From positions 63,148-127,147 of the forward strand of contig DAICXK010000001.1 in NCBI GenBank assembly GCA_027312225.1: a DNA stretch of 64,000 nucleotides, read 5' to 3'. This document shows positions 17,173 to 26,025 of this stretch, in pieces (the stretch's first letter is position 1; each line of letters opens with the position of its first letter). The position numbers were made by a program, and so were the translations under genes. The DNA comes from Candidatus Saccharimonadota bacterium (GTDB lineage: Bacteria; Patescibacteriota; Saccharimonadia; Saccharimonadales; Saccharimonadaceae). The notes below the pieces were generated by a model. It saw only the letters and a list, made by a program, of their open reading frames with translations. It made no database searches and had not been told where the DNA came from.

Positions 17173-17198
17173 AACAAGACCAAGATGGTCTTGTTTTT
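17173..17198 (+). terminator. Intrinsic terminator (usable in both directions)
   Basis: AACAAGACC-AAGAT-GGTCTTGTT stem, followed by a T-run and preceded by an A-run. Sits between the 16750 gene and tRNA-Leu. Confidence 0.8.
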
Positions 17199-17202
17199 AC
17201 TT

Positions 17203-17289
17203 TGGTACAGATGAGAGGACTTGAACCTCCACGCCCCGAAGGGCACTAGCACCTGAAGCTAGCGCGTCTACCAATTCCGCCACATCTGC
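17203..17289 (-). tRNA. tRNA-Leu (anticodon CAG), CCA encoded
   Basis: The minus strand reads GCAGATGTGGCGGAATTGGTAGACGCGCTAGCTTCAGGTGCTAGTGCCCTTCGGGGCGTGGAGGTTCAAGTCCTCTCATCTGTACCA. Cloverleaf with a long variable arm and anticodon loop CTTCAGGTG. Confidence 0.93.
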
Positions 17290-17310
17290 ATACGACACAT
17301 GTGCTATGTT

Positions 17311-17340
17311 ATTGTACCCCATTGATACAGGGTGATTCAA
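17311..17340 (-). promoter_or_regulatory. Promoter TTGAAT-N18-TACAAT for tRNA-Leu(CAG)
   Basis: Minus strand: TTGAAT (17335-17340) and TACAAT (17311-17316), about 20 nt upstream of the tRNA 5' end. Confidence 0.5.
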
Positions 17341-17351
17341 GCTACGTGCTA

Positions 17352-18935
17352 CTAGGAACGTAACTGACGAGCCAGTACCTTCAGGTCGGCTGACTGCTTG
17401 ACACCTGGGTTGAGTGTCGTGAACGGGTCAAATACTTTACGAATCGATGCATTGAGATCCGTCACCGCCTCATCCAATTGTGGATAGCCAGCAAATGCAT
17501 TAATACGCCCTTCGGCCTGCGCGCCTGCGATCGTTCCACTTGTCTTGTGTACAAGGGCAGCATACTCGGTGGCAAGCTTGAAGATCTTTTGTTTATCCGA
17601 GACTTTTTTGAAATGAACAGTTGGATATGTCGAGACAATGCCAGTCAGTGCATTGATCTTTAATGGCAACTTGACGTGCAGCCTCTCAGCAAGCGCCGTC
17701 GCCTCAGTCACAAACTCCTCAAGGCGCTCTGTAGGAATATACGCACCATCGCACATAAAGACCGGTGACTCATCAACACGTAGCGGCAATACAACTGTTT
17801 GTTCAACATCGCGCACCGCATAAAGGTCATCAAGTCGTGAATCGTCTGATGTATACAGTTTCGCGTCCCGTTTCGCGAGTAATTTTTGCGCTTTTTTCAA
17901 TTTGCGGGCACGTATCTTGTTACTAAAATCGTCAAAACTTGCGTACACCAACCCGGCAAAGATATCACTCTCTTTGTCAAAGACAAATCGCTTGCCTCTT
18001 GCGCGCGCTTCTTCGTAATACGCACCATCGATGACCTCAAGAACCGTTGGGTCAAGCTGGCGCAAGATATCGGTGATATCGCGGGCCTCTTCGGCGGTTT
18101 GGCATACTGCGACAAGAATCGACTCGTCGTCGCTATAGAAACTCGCCCCTAGAACAACTTCGGAAATAATTCCCAGTGTGCCCTGGCTACCAATAAAGAG
18201 AGGCGTGAGGTCAAATGAACCATCCTTGTTTTTTACCTTATCAATACGATATCCGAGGTTGTCATAATCAGAGGAGAGTGACGCGACAAGCTCAGCGCTA
18301 TCATCAATAATGCCATCAATCTGACGATAAATCTCGCCCTCAAGCGTCTGTTCGCCTTTTTTACGGCTCAACTCGCGTTTGCTAATGCGACCTGTCTCCA
18401 TCAAATCACCGTTTGCCAGCACAACTTCCATACGCTCGATACTATCGGCCACTGTCCCGTGCTTGCCTGAGACACGGCCGACACTGCCTGCTGCAATTGC
18501 GCCGCCAACTGTCATATCCGGCATGTCCGGTGTGTAGGCTCCGACCGTAAGGCCGTGCCATTTTAGTGCTTCGTGAAGCGTCCTTAGTGAAACGCCGGGC
18601 TGAACATGAACAATTTTGTTCTTATCCTTCGTTGAAACGTAGAGAATAGAGTTAAGATGACGAGAGAGGTCAAGGAGAATTCCAGATCCGATTGCACCAC
18701 CAGTCGTATCAGTACCAAGTCCGCGAGGGGTCAGGCTAAGCGTATGCCCTTTCTCAGCAAGCTGCCACGAAAATCGTGCGACCTTCCGAATGTCGTTCGT
18801 AACTTTCGGATAAACAACGATTTCTGGTGTTATTTCAAACACACTCTCATCTCGTGCGTATGCCGCACGAAGAGACGTCAAATTACTCACTTCCCCCAGT
18901 AGATGCTCGTTTAGGTACTGTGCTACTTTACTCAT
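17352..18935 (-). CDS. FAD-linked oxidase (GlcD / D-lactate dehydrogenase-like, FAD_binding_4 family)
   Basis: 527-aa ORF. The N-terminal FAD-binding PCMH pattern reads PRGLGTDTTGGAIGSGILLDLSRHLN ... VQPGV. The C-terminal oxidase domain is present. Confidence 0.75.
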   Translation of the reverse strand: MSKVAQYLNEHLLGEVSNLTSLRAAYARDESVFEITPEIVVYPKVTNDIRKVARFSWQLAEKGHTLSLTPRGLGTDTTGGAIGSGILLDLSRHLNSILYVSTKDKNKIVHVQPGVSLRTLHEALKWHGLTVGAYTPDMPDMTVGGAIAAGSVGRVSGKHGTVADSIERMEVVLANGDLMETGRISKRELSRKKGEQTLEGEIYRQIDGIIDDSAELVASLSSDYDNLGYRIDKVKNKDGSFDLTPLFIGSQGTLGIISEVVLGASFYSDDESILVAVCQTAEEARDITDILRQLDPTVLEVIDGAYYEEARARGKRFVFDKESDIFAGLVYASFDDFSNKIRARKLKKAQKLLAKRDAKLYTSDDSRLDDLYAVRDVEQTVVLPLRVDESPVFMCDGAYIPTERLEEFVTEATALAERLHVKLPLKINALTGIVSTYPTVHFKKVSDKQKIFKLATEYAALVHKTSGTIAGAQAEGRINAFAGYPQLDEAVTDLNASIRKVFDPFTTLNPGVKQSADLKVLARQLRS

Positions 18936-18977
18936 TAGTGTTCTCTCATTCCCCTCACTATCCTGAATGTTATCTCT

Positions 18978-18986
18978 ATAATATCA
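18978..18986 (-). promoter_or_regulatory. Extended -10 element TGATATTAT upstream of the FAD-oxidase gene
   Basis: The minus strand reads TGATATTAT about 42 nt upstream of ATG 18935, with GAGGGG as SD. Confidence 0.45.
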
Positions 18987-19033
18987 CAAGCACTATCAAT
19001 TGGGATATCCGCCTTTTCAAGGTGTACGTGTTC

Positions 19034-19042
19034 TGGTATAAT
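19034..19042 (+). promoter_or_regulatory. Extended -10 promoter TGGTATAAT for tRNA-Leu(UAG)
   Basis: TGGTATAAT ends 10 nt before the mature tRNA 5' end. Confidence 0.65.
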
Positions 19043-19052
19043 GAACCGGTAA

Positions 19053-19137
19053 GCGCGAGTGGTGGAATTGGTAGACACGCTAGCCTTAGGAGCTAGTGCC
19101 TCCGGGCGTGAAGGTTCAAGTCCTTTCTCGCGTACCA
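19053..19137 (+). tRNA. tRNA-Leu (anticodon UAG), CCA encoded
   Basis: GCGCGAGTGGTGGAATTGGTAGACACGCTAGCCTTAGGAGCTAGTGCCTCCGGGCGTGAAGGTTCAAGTCCTTTCTCGCGTACCA. Long variable arm and anticodon loop CCTTAGGAG. Confidence 0.93.
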
Positions 19138-19144
19138 AAGTAAG

Positions 19145-19167
19145 GCGACCCTACATGGGGTCGTTTT
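19145..19167 (+). terminator. Intrinsic terminator after tRNA-Leu(UAG)
   Basis: GCGACCC-TACAT-GGGGTCG(T) hairpin followed by TTTT. Confidence 0.7.
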
Positions 19168-19202
19168 GCTTTAGCATTTAAAGTGCTTTGTTGATTAATG
19201 TA

Positions 19203-19231
19203 TTGCATTTTTATAATTCTTATGCTATAAT
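19203..19231 (+). promoter_or_regulatory. Promoter TTGCAT-N17-(TGC)TATAAT, 7 nt to ATG
   Basis: TTGCAT at 19203-19208 and TGCTATAAT at 19223-19231, with ATG at 19239. Leaderless architecture. Confidence 0.65.
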
Positions 19232-19238
19232 ATATATT

Positions 19239-19814
19239 ATGAACACCTGGGAGACCTACAACAAAGCCCGCTACGTTGATGCAGTCAAGATGACTCGCTT
19301 TGCCCTTACGCAGTTAGGTTCAAGTAGCCGTATCTATACGGATATCCGACAACCGCTTGTCAGCCGGACCGACACGGCCCTAAGCCACCATATTGTCGGC
19401 TCATACAAAGGTGCCAATCCAGACTGGACGGACGAACATAAGGCCGATGATATTATCCATTTTGGAGTCCGCGACACCCAGTCGCTTCTCTTCCCGTATC
19501 TTGCAAAACACCCTTCTAAAGAGGCTGCTCTGAGCTTTCTTCACCACGAACGCACAATGCAACACCTTGCACTTGCAGCCCTGCAAACCGAAGACAGCTT
19601 TGAGGGTCTTGTGCGTCGCGTTGAACGGGACCAGCACATCAATCCGGATACCCCTCACTTGACACTACCAACTAGCGTTACACCTCAGTCAAAAGGTTGC
19701 CCCGCCGCCGCTGTTGGTCAAGACCGAAAACCTACCAAAGAGTTTATTGATCTTAGCCTGTTGAGTGGTGAGGTGCTCATTGAAGCACTCGACCATAATG
19801 GACGGTTCTCATAA
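19239..19814 (+). CDS. Hypothetical protein (about 191 aa)
   Basis: ORF trimmed to ATG 19239 (MNTWETYNK) because the track start lies within the promoter. No recognisable motifs. Confidence 0.5.
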   Translation: MNTWETYNKARYVDAVKMTRFALTQLGSSSRIYTDIRQPLVSRTDTALSHHIVGSYKGANPDWTDEHKADDIIHFGVRDTQSLLFPYLAKHPSKEAALSFLHHERTMQHLALAALQTEDSFEGLVRRVERDQHINPDTPHLTLPTSVTPQSKGCPAAAVGQDRKPTKEFIDLSLLSGEVLIEALDHNGRFS

Positions 19815-19829
19815 GAGGATAGATAGGCT

Positions 19830-20474
19830 ATGCCTGTATCACCCGAGCAGCTCCACCGCATTGTGCAATCCGAAACCGAGCATTTTTGCGACGCGCAACA
19901 AGCACTGGAACAGACAAGAGAATCAGACGGTCGCACCTTTGACGATCCTCGCCTCCATGCACGCATGGCAAACTGCGGCATCGCCTCAGCACTCATCCAG
20001 CATAATCTACGTGTACATCATAATATAGCAACCGCGCGCCTATTTGGCCGTCCGCCGACAGCGCCCTACTTTCCTAGCGGCAATGAGTTTGGACACGTCA
20101 TTCTTCGATCCGACAACACGCTCATCGACCCGACATACGGACAAATCTTTTCGTTCGTCGGCATCCATCCGCTATCGCCTGTCAAAGGGTTCTCCTATCC
20201 TGATAATCTTGCATTGACGGTTGATACGACAGACCCTGAGGCATCCCTTGAATCACTTGTGGATGCCCTCACGGGTGCTGCGCAATTAGAAATAAGCCCC
20301 TACCTTCAGAGCCGTGCGCCACTACGCCACAAGGGACGTCGTACTCTGCAGTCGGTCATCTACGATATCTACAATCCTGGTTATTACGCTCCCTACGAAT
20401 TAGAGACCCTCCATCCGTCATTTGACCGCGTCCAAGCCCTGATTCACGTCTCTGATCAGCTGCGTGAACAATAA
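19830..20474 (+). CDS. Transglutaminase-like / papain-fold cysteine hydrolase candidate (214 aa)
   Basis: Cys-His-Asp arrangement typical of the transglutaminase core: ANCGIASALI ... FGHVILRSDNTLIDPTYGQ. GAGGA SD upstream. Confidence 0.45.
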   Translation: MPVSPEQLHRIVQSETEHFCDAQQALEQTRESDGRTFDDPRLHARMANCGIASALIQHNLRVHHNIATARLFGRPPTAPYFPSGNEFGHVILRSDNTLIDPTYGQIFSFVGIHPLSPVKGFSYPDNLALTVDTTDPEASLESLVDALTGAAQLEISPYLQSRAPLRHKGRRTLQSVIYDIYNPGYYAPYELETLHPSFDRVQALIHVSDQLREQ

Positions 20475-20480
20475 AAAAAG

Positions 20481-20495
20481 CCTCTCACTGAGAGG
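20481..20495. terminator. Short hairpin between convergent genes (possible bidirectional terminator)
   Basis: CCTCT-CACTG-AGAGG flanked by an A-run and TTATTT. Only about 5 bp. Confidence 0.4.
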
Positions 20496-20499
20496 TTAT

Positions 20500-21045
20500 T
20501 TACATTTCTCGGCGGAAAAAGGTGAGGCTGGCTGTTCCATAACTACGATTGTCCACCACAACAATTCCCTTAGTACCGGTCGGCGCCTCACCCCTTCCTG
20601 GATGTGATAATACCATAAGCGCTCCGGGTTTTAAATGGGAAAATAGGCGCGTGACTGTGGAAAACTGCGGGTCGTGATAGGGTGGATCGGCGAATATCAG
20701 GTCAAACTGCTCGCCAGGATTATTCTCGGACCACGCCGTTACAGATGCACGAATCAGCCGAGCTTCATCACCACATCCCAGTGCCATCGTGTTCTTATCA
20801 ATGACTTTACTTGCAATCCGATCACGCTCAAGAAATGTCACGGCCTTGGCGCCACGGCTCAGCGCTTCAAACCCCACAGCACCCGAGCCAGCAAAGGCAT
20901 CTAATACCACCTTGCCTTCTATCTCATCGCCAATACTATTGAACAGTGCGTTGCGAATTCGCTCGCTCATTGGATGTGTCTTTGACGTGTCGGGCGCATC
21001 CAATATACGTCCGCCGTACTTGCCAGCAATCAGCCTAACGCGCAC
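20500..21045 (-). CDS. rsmD: 16S rRNA (guanine966-N2)-methyltransferase RsmD
   Basis: 181-aa ORF with PMSERIRNALFNSIG, LDAFAGSGAVGFEALSRGA and FADPPY. Confidence 0.85.
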   Translation of the reverse strand: MRVRLIAGKYGGRILDAPDTSKTHPMSERIRNALFNSIGDEIEGKVVLDAFAGSGAVGFEALSRGAKAVTFLERDRIASKVIDKNTMALGCGDEARLIRASVTAWSENNPGEQFDLIFADPPYHDPQFSTVTRLFSHLKPGALMVLSHPGRGEAPTGTKGIVVVDNRSYGTASLTFFRREM

Positions 21046-21856
21046 GACGCTTTTCCGCCTGCAGCACGCCAGCGTACCATGCCAGTGTCACTGCCTTTAC
21101 GATCTCTGGGATCAGCTCTTTGCATGTCTGTATGCCTAGTTCGTGCGTCCAGCCCTTTTCGCCAAATGTCTCGTACATTTTCAATGACGTCACCTTACGT
21201 AGCGACTCGTAGAATATTGCCTCGTAGCCTTCTTTTTCAAGACGGATAACGTCGTTTCCGTTCGCACCGGTCGCAGCAGGAAACTTTACTGATCCAATCG
21301 CCATTGCAACACCCCATTCAAACATGACATGCGCCGTGAACACACCACCACTTCCCCAGTATTTCCAGTTTTTCTTCAGCGTATCAATATGGTTGACACC
21401 ACGAATGATCGTCTTGTCACGCACTGAATCACGGTCATAGTGTGCCTTGCCCCAAAGCTCTTCAATTTTCTCACCAAGATTATCGTGGTGTGCCGGCGTC
21501 AAACCATCAGTTACCGCATGCGCCAGCCATGCCGCTTCGAACGCCGCACGCTCTTGATTATTATCACCGAGTGCCACCCCAAGATTATAGACATGGTCAT
21601 TAATAAGAGAGATAAGGCCCCTATCATCAGGATCTTCAGGATTGATATGGTGCCACGGTTCATCAACCGACGGACTCTTGCGCTTGATACCATCGGGTCC
21701 ATTTAGACCCTCAAAATGGAGAATTTCACCAATTCTAGGAAACACCACATCGCCAGAAAGACGGTGCGTCAAACTACGCCGTGCAAGACGGTCAATTCGC
21801 TGATGGACGCCTATAACACGCCCCGATTTTACTCTTATTGTTGTTCCGGAATACAT
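21035..21856 (-). CDS. Hypothetical protein, possibly zinc-dependent phospholipase C / P1-nuclease-like fold
   Basis: 273-aa ORF with His-rich blocks (GVHQRI, HFEGLNGPDG, PWHHINPEDP, WLAHAVTDGLTPAHH) reminiscent of Zn-PLC family metal ligands. The assignment is tentative. Confidence 0.35.
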   Translation of the reverse strand: MYSGTTIRVKSGRVIGVHQRIDRLARRSLTHRLSGDVVFPRIGEILHFEGLNGPDGIKRKSPSVDEPWHHINPEDPDDRGLISLINDHVYNLGVALGDNNQERAAFEAAWLAHAVTDGLTPAHHDNLGEKIEELWGKAHYDRDSVRDKTIIRGVNHIDTLKKNWKYWGSGGVFTAHVMFEWGVAMAIGSVKFPAATGANGNDVIRLEKEGYEAIFYESLRKVTSLKMYETFGEKGWTHELGIQTCKELIPEIVKAVTLAWYAGVLQAEKRRAR

Positions 21857-21964
21857 GAGCGGCTTCGCCGGAATAGGACAAACCTACGGTTTTTCCTATC
21901 GCGCCGACGGTCGGAGTAAATCCGTCCAGTCGGGCTTGGCTTTTCCCTTGGTTACTTTCGTTTT

Positions 21965-24004
21965 TTAATTTAATGTCGTCAGACGCTGGTAATACTCTAC
22001 CTGCCCCGCTAACTGACTGTATTGTAGCATATCTTCACCCGATAGGACGAATGTACGCGCCGCCTTTTGCGCCTTGGCAATGAGTTTTGTATCAGCGAGG
22101 GTTGCAATTTGCAGGTTCAACGCACCGTGTTGTGCCTTGCCATAAATTTCGCCCGGACCACGTAGCCTCAGATCAACTTCGGCCAGATAAAAACCATCGT
22201 TTGATTTTTCGATTTCACGTAACCGCTGGCTTGGCTTTTTGCTATCACTCATAACAAGATAGCAAAAACTTTGATGCGCCGATCGGCCGACACGCCCGCG
22301 TAACTGATGAAGTTGGGATAGGCCAAAGCGATCGGCGTTTTCAATAATCATGACGGTGGCATTCGGCACGTCAACACCAACCTCGACAACGGTCGTGCTA
22401 ATAAGAATATCAAGCTCACCCGTAGCAAACGCCGTCATAACAGCATCTTTTTCCTCTGCCTTTAATTTGCCGTGTAGTAGCCCAATCTTTCGGTGCTTGA
22501 ACCGTGTTCCTCGCAACCGCTTGTATTCTGCCTCGACTGATTTGACGTCGTTGTCAGGATTATCGTCAATCAAGCTGCAAATAATATACGCCTGGCGGCC
22601 TGAAGCAATCTGTTCATCAGCAAGGTCATACAGCTGCGCCGTGCTGTTGGGCGACCACAGCTTAGTAATAATCTCTTTACGGCCTTTTGGCCGTTCATTG
22701 AGGATACTGACATCCAGTTCGCCATATACCGTTAGCGCAAGGCTACGTGGAATCGGCGTCGCCGTCATCGCGAGAAGATGGGGCATACGTTCTGATTTCG
22801 CCAGTAATCGCTGCCGCTGTTCAACACCAAAACGATGCTGCTCGTCAACCACCACAAATCCTAGTTTGTGGAATTGTAATGAATCCTGGATTAATGCGTG
22901 CGTACCGACCACAACAGCAACAGTGCCGTTTGCAACCTGATCGTACAGAGTAGTTCGCGCCTTGCCCTTCACGCTCCCTGTCGCCAATCCAACTGTCAAC
23001 CCGAACGGCTCTAACAAACGCGACAATGTCTCGGCATGCTGTGACGCCAGGATCTCTGTCGGAGCCATCAATGCCGTCTGATACCCAGCCCGTGCCGCTG
23101 ACAGTGCCGCCAGGCCCGCTACAACTGTCTTGCCGCTGCCAACATCGCCCTGCAGCAGTCGGTTCATTGGTGTCTGCTTTTCAAAATCTTGGATAATCTC
23201 CCAGGCAGCCCGTCGCTGGGCGCCAGTCAATTCAAAGGGTAGCTTGGCAACAAATTCTTTGACCGCCGGCAGGTCAAACGGAATATGCCAGCCCTCTAGT
23301 TTGGCGTTGGCCTGGCGGTTCAGCTGGCTGGCAAGCAGCAACTGAAACAGTTCTTCAAATGCCAGGCGTTCGCGAGCACGCGCCACGTCGTCACGCGTTT
23401 TAGGGAAGTGCATCCCTAGCAGTGCATCACCATAACTCACTAATCCTTCATGTGCCACGATCGCGGGCGGTAGCGTTTCGGGCAGCATTGTCATTAGGGG
23501 CTTGAGCTCGGCCAAGATCTTACGCACTAGTTGGCTTTTGAGGCCTTTGATAGCAGAATACACAGGCAGCAGGCGGTCAGTCTGCACTGTACCCTTGCCA
23601 ATGTCACTGACCTTCTCGGCACTAGGATTCGTCAATTGGTAGCGATTATACTGAAACTCGAACTCACCAGAAAAATAAAACTCATCACCACTGGCCAGCT
23701 GAGCGGTACGATACGGTTGGTTGAACCAGACGGCCTGTAGCTTGCCGCTGTCATCAACGAGGGTTGCGGTGGTGATTTTCATACCGCGGCGTACTGGACG
23801 GGTGGCGATCTTTTCGCAGCGCGCCTTGATAGTCATTTTGCCGGGGTGAATATCAGCAATCGATACAACTTCAGTGAAATCTTCGTGCTTGCGCGGTAAA
23901 AAGGTGATCAGATCACCGACCGTACGAAGCCCTGCCACCGCGAACTGCTCGGCACTTTTCGGGCCGACACCTTTGATTGATTGAAGTGGTGTCGTCGTAT
24001 TCAT
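21965..24004 (-). CDS. recG: ATP-dependent DNA helicase RecG
   Basis: 679-aa ORF with an N-terminal wedge/OB region and helicase motifs GDVGSGKT, DEQHRFG, TATPIPRS, QLRGRVGR. Confidence 0.95.
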   Translation of the reverse strand: MNTTTPLQSIKGVGPKSAEQFAVAGLRTVGDLITFLPRKHEDFTEVVSIADIHPGKMTIKARCEKIATRPVRRGMKITTATLVDDSGKLQAVWFNQPYRTAQLASGDEFYFSGEFEFQYNRYQLTNPSAEKVSDIGKGTVQTDRLLPVYSAIKGLKSQLVRKILAELKPLMTMLPETLPPAIVAHEGLVSYGDALLGMHFPKTRDDVARARERLAFEELFQLLLASQLNRQANAKLEGWHIPFDLPAVKEFVAKLPFELTGAQRRAAWEIIQDFEKQTPMNRLLQGDVGSGKTVVAGLAALSAARAGYQTALMAPTEILASQHAETLSRLLEPFGLTVGLATGSVKGKARTTLYDQVANGTVAVVVGTHALIQDSLQFHKLGFVVVDEQHRFGVEQRQRLLAKSERMPHLLAMTATPIPRSLALTVYGELDVSILNERPKGRKEIITKLWSPNSTAQLYDLADEQIASGRQAYIICSLIDDNPDNDVKSVEAEYKRLRGTRFKHRKIGLLHGKLKAEEKDAVMTAFATGELDILISTTVVEVGVDVPNATVMIIENADRFGLSQLHQLRGRVGRSAHQSFCYLVMSDSKKPSQRLREIEKSNDGFYLAEVDLRLRGPGEIYGKAQHGALNLQIATLADTKLIAKAQKAARTFVLSGEDMLQYSQLAGQVEYYQRLTTLN

Positions 24005-24010
24005 GCGCTC

Positions 24011-24769
24011 CTACTCGGTAACGCCCAAAATTCCTTCAACCACGTATGCCGTTGTCTCCCAACCTTCAACTGCAATGGAATCAATTCCCATGGCTTTGAC
24101 GGGATAATCGTTACCGCCCTCATCTAGCTTGTCGCCAAGGAATAGAATCTCGTCTTTGCTAATATCGATGGCGTCAATCAGGCGCTTCATGCCATAGGCC
24201 TTGTCCACACCAGGCAGCGTGATGTCGGTGCTCGTCGTGCCACCAATGCGCACTTCAAGGTCAGGGATCAGTTCGGCAACCTTGTCGCGATACACCGGAC
24301 GGATGTCTTTGTACTTTTCGGCCCATGCATACTTGTCTTCAGCTGTTGCTTGCTGGCCCAATGCACTCATCGTGATTTGACTGTGGCGATCTTCGATAAT
24401 TTCACCCGCAGGATTTTCGCACCAGATGCCCATCTCTTTGGCGACTTTTTCCAACGCGTCAACAACACGGGTTTTTTGCTCGCGCGACAGGTCTTCGGCG
24501 TATTGCATCACCCATTTGTTATCCAACTCGTCGTACCGGTAATACCGTGTACCGCAGGTTGGCATAAGGTGCAGCTTGCCTAAAAGATGATTCGGCACTT
24601 CGAGCCTTTTCACCACCTGTTTGTTAATTTGATCAAATGTTCCACCGGTAATCACACAAACATCGTATTTTTCCAGTAACTGGCCAAGAAGCAGACTCAT
24701 ACGGTCGGATACTTGTGATTTTGTCACGGCTAATGTGTCGTCAAGGTCGAATGCAATAACTTTCTTCAT
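24011..24769 (-). CDS. HAD-IIB family hydrolase (phosphomannomutase-like)
   Basis: Motifs FDLDDTL, ITGG and GDKLDEGGNDYP. Start set at ATG 24769 (MKKVIAFDLDDT) because TGGTATACT-N6 precedes it. Confidence 0.8.
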   Translation of the reverse strand: MKKVIAFDLDDTLAVTKSQVSDRMSLLLGQLLEKYDVCVITGGTFDQINKQVVKRLEVPNHLLGKLHLMPTCGTRYYRYDELDNKWVMQYAEDLSREQKTRVVDALEKVAKEMGIWCENPAGEIIEDRHSQITMSALGQQATAEDKYAWAEKYKDIRPVYRDKVAELIPDLEVRIGGTTSTDITLPGVDKAYGMKRLIDAIDISKDEILFLGDKLDEGGNDYPVKAMGIDSIAVEGWETTAYVVEGILGVTE

Positions 24770-24775
24770 ACTACC

Positions 24776-24784
24776 AGTATACCA
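24776..24784 (-). promoter_or_regulatory. Extended -10 promoter TGGTATACT, 6 nt to ATG (leaderless HAD-IIB gene)
   Basis: The minus strand reads TGGTATACT GGTAGT ATG. Confidence 0.6.
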
Positions 24785-24855
24785 TTGATATTCTAAGTCG
24801 CATTTCCGGAATGACACGAGCAAGCTCGATTCTTCTCTCAAATGCTAGTAATATA

Positions 24856-26025
24856 CTATGAAGCCAACATTGCAGCGCGTCGATTGCGTTTACGGACACG
24901 GGTATAAAAATAGGCGGCAGTCAATGTACTCACTGGCACCGCAAGTACCAGACCGGCACTTGCAATCAGCGTGCGTACGATCTCAACAGCGAGGTATTCC
25001 GAATTAAATAACATCACCGTGGGCCCCGTATACGTATTAACGAGAAATAGAATGAGTGGCAACGACGCACCTGCATACGCGAGAGCTAACGTGTTCACTA
25101 AACTGGCAATATGTTCACGCCCAACCGAGACACCAGCAATATATAGCTTTTTCACGCTCATCTTCTGACTTGCGCGCTTTAGTTCTTCGACGACCGCGAC
25201 CTGAGCGGTCACGATATCATCCAAGACCCCCAGTGTCGCAATAACGATACCGCCGGCGATAATACCTTGCATATCCAGATTGCCGACATCCTGGTTCAAG
25301 TAAAATGTTGTTTCGTCATAGATACCAGACAGGCTGGCCAGCAGCATGGCCAGACCTGACAATACACAGATAATTGCCAGGATTACAGCAATACACAACA
25401 GCGATATCACGGTCCGTCGCCTCACACCATGAGCAATGAAGATCGAACACCCTGCGATAATATACGCACCAGCGATACATACCCAAAATGCATCATGCCC
25501 TTGCAAGATAAGCGGTACAATCATCCACCCAATCACAAGAATGCCAACAGTCAGTCCGGCGAGGCTGGTCCCTCCGCGCCGTCCACCTACCGCCAGCACC
25601 AATACCGCAAACAGTGTGCCCATGATAATTAATGCCGGTACCCTAAATCTATCAATAAATGCCACCACGCCATCGTTACCGGTTCCGACGACAATGATCG
25701 ACCCCTCAGATAGCTCGTGTTCACGCGATGAATCGGCATTTATCCTCACCAGCTCGTAATCACCTGCTTGGGGGCCATCAAGCAAGCGCACGGTCATCAT
25801 TGCACCGTCAAGTGACCTCACCTCGGCACGCATATATGTCATTGTTGTGTCGATAGTATTCTCACCATCAAAGAACGCTTGCTGCCTCGTTGCCGTAAAT
25901 GGGGTCGCGATCGTAGCGACAAAAAGACCAATGACCAGTATACCGAGACACGCAATGACACGAACCTTTCGGATGCGAAGCGCCTCCCCCACCTGACGCA
26001 ACCACACAAGAAGTCTTTTCACCAT
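24856..26025 (-). CDS. YibE/F-like polytopic membrane protein
   Basis: 389-aa ORF with one N-terminal TM helix, an extracytoplasmic domain of about 100 aa, then 6-7 hydrophobic helices. Family call is from overall architecture only. Confidence 0.55.
   Translation of the reverse strand: MVKRLLVWLRQVGEALRIRKVRVIACLGILVIGLFVATIATPFTATRQQAFFDGENTIDTTMTYMRAEVRSLDGAMMTVRLLDGPQAGDYELVRINADSSREHELSEGSIIVVGTGNDGVVAFIDRFRVPALIIMGTLFAVLVLAVGGRRGGTSLAGLTVGILVIGWMIVPLILQGHDAFWVCIAGAYIIAGCSIFIAHGVRRRTVISLLCIAVILAIICVLSGLAMLLASLSGIYDETTFYLNQDVGNLDMQGIIAGGIVIATLGVLDDIVTAQVAVVEELKRASQKMSVKKLYIAGVSVGREHIASLVNTLALAYAGASLPLILFLVNTYTGPTVMLFNSEYLAVEIVRTLIASAGLVLAVPVSTLTAAYFYTRVRKRNRRAAMLAS

Noticed and set aside
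18935-19138. 67-aa minus-strand ORF and 89-aa plus-strand ORF (18827-19096) overlapping tRNA-Leu(UAG)
   Set aside because: The sequence is fully explained by the tRNA gene and its promoter region.
9600-20500. Prophage or integrative element at the tRNA-Leu genes
   Set aside because: No integrase, recombinase, transposase, phage structural gene or direct repeat of the tRNA 3' end was seen. Composition looks similar to the flanks.
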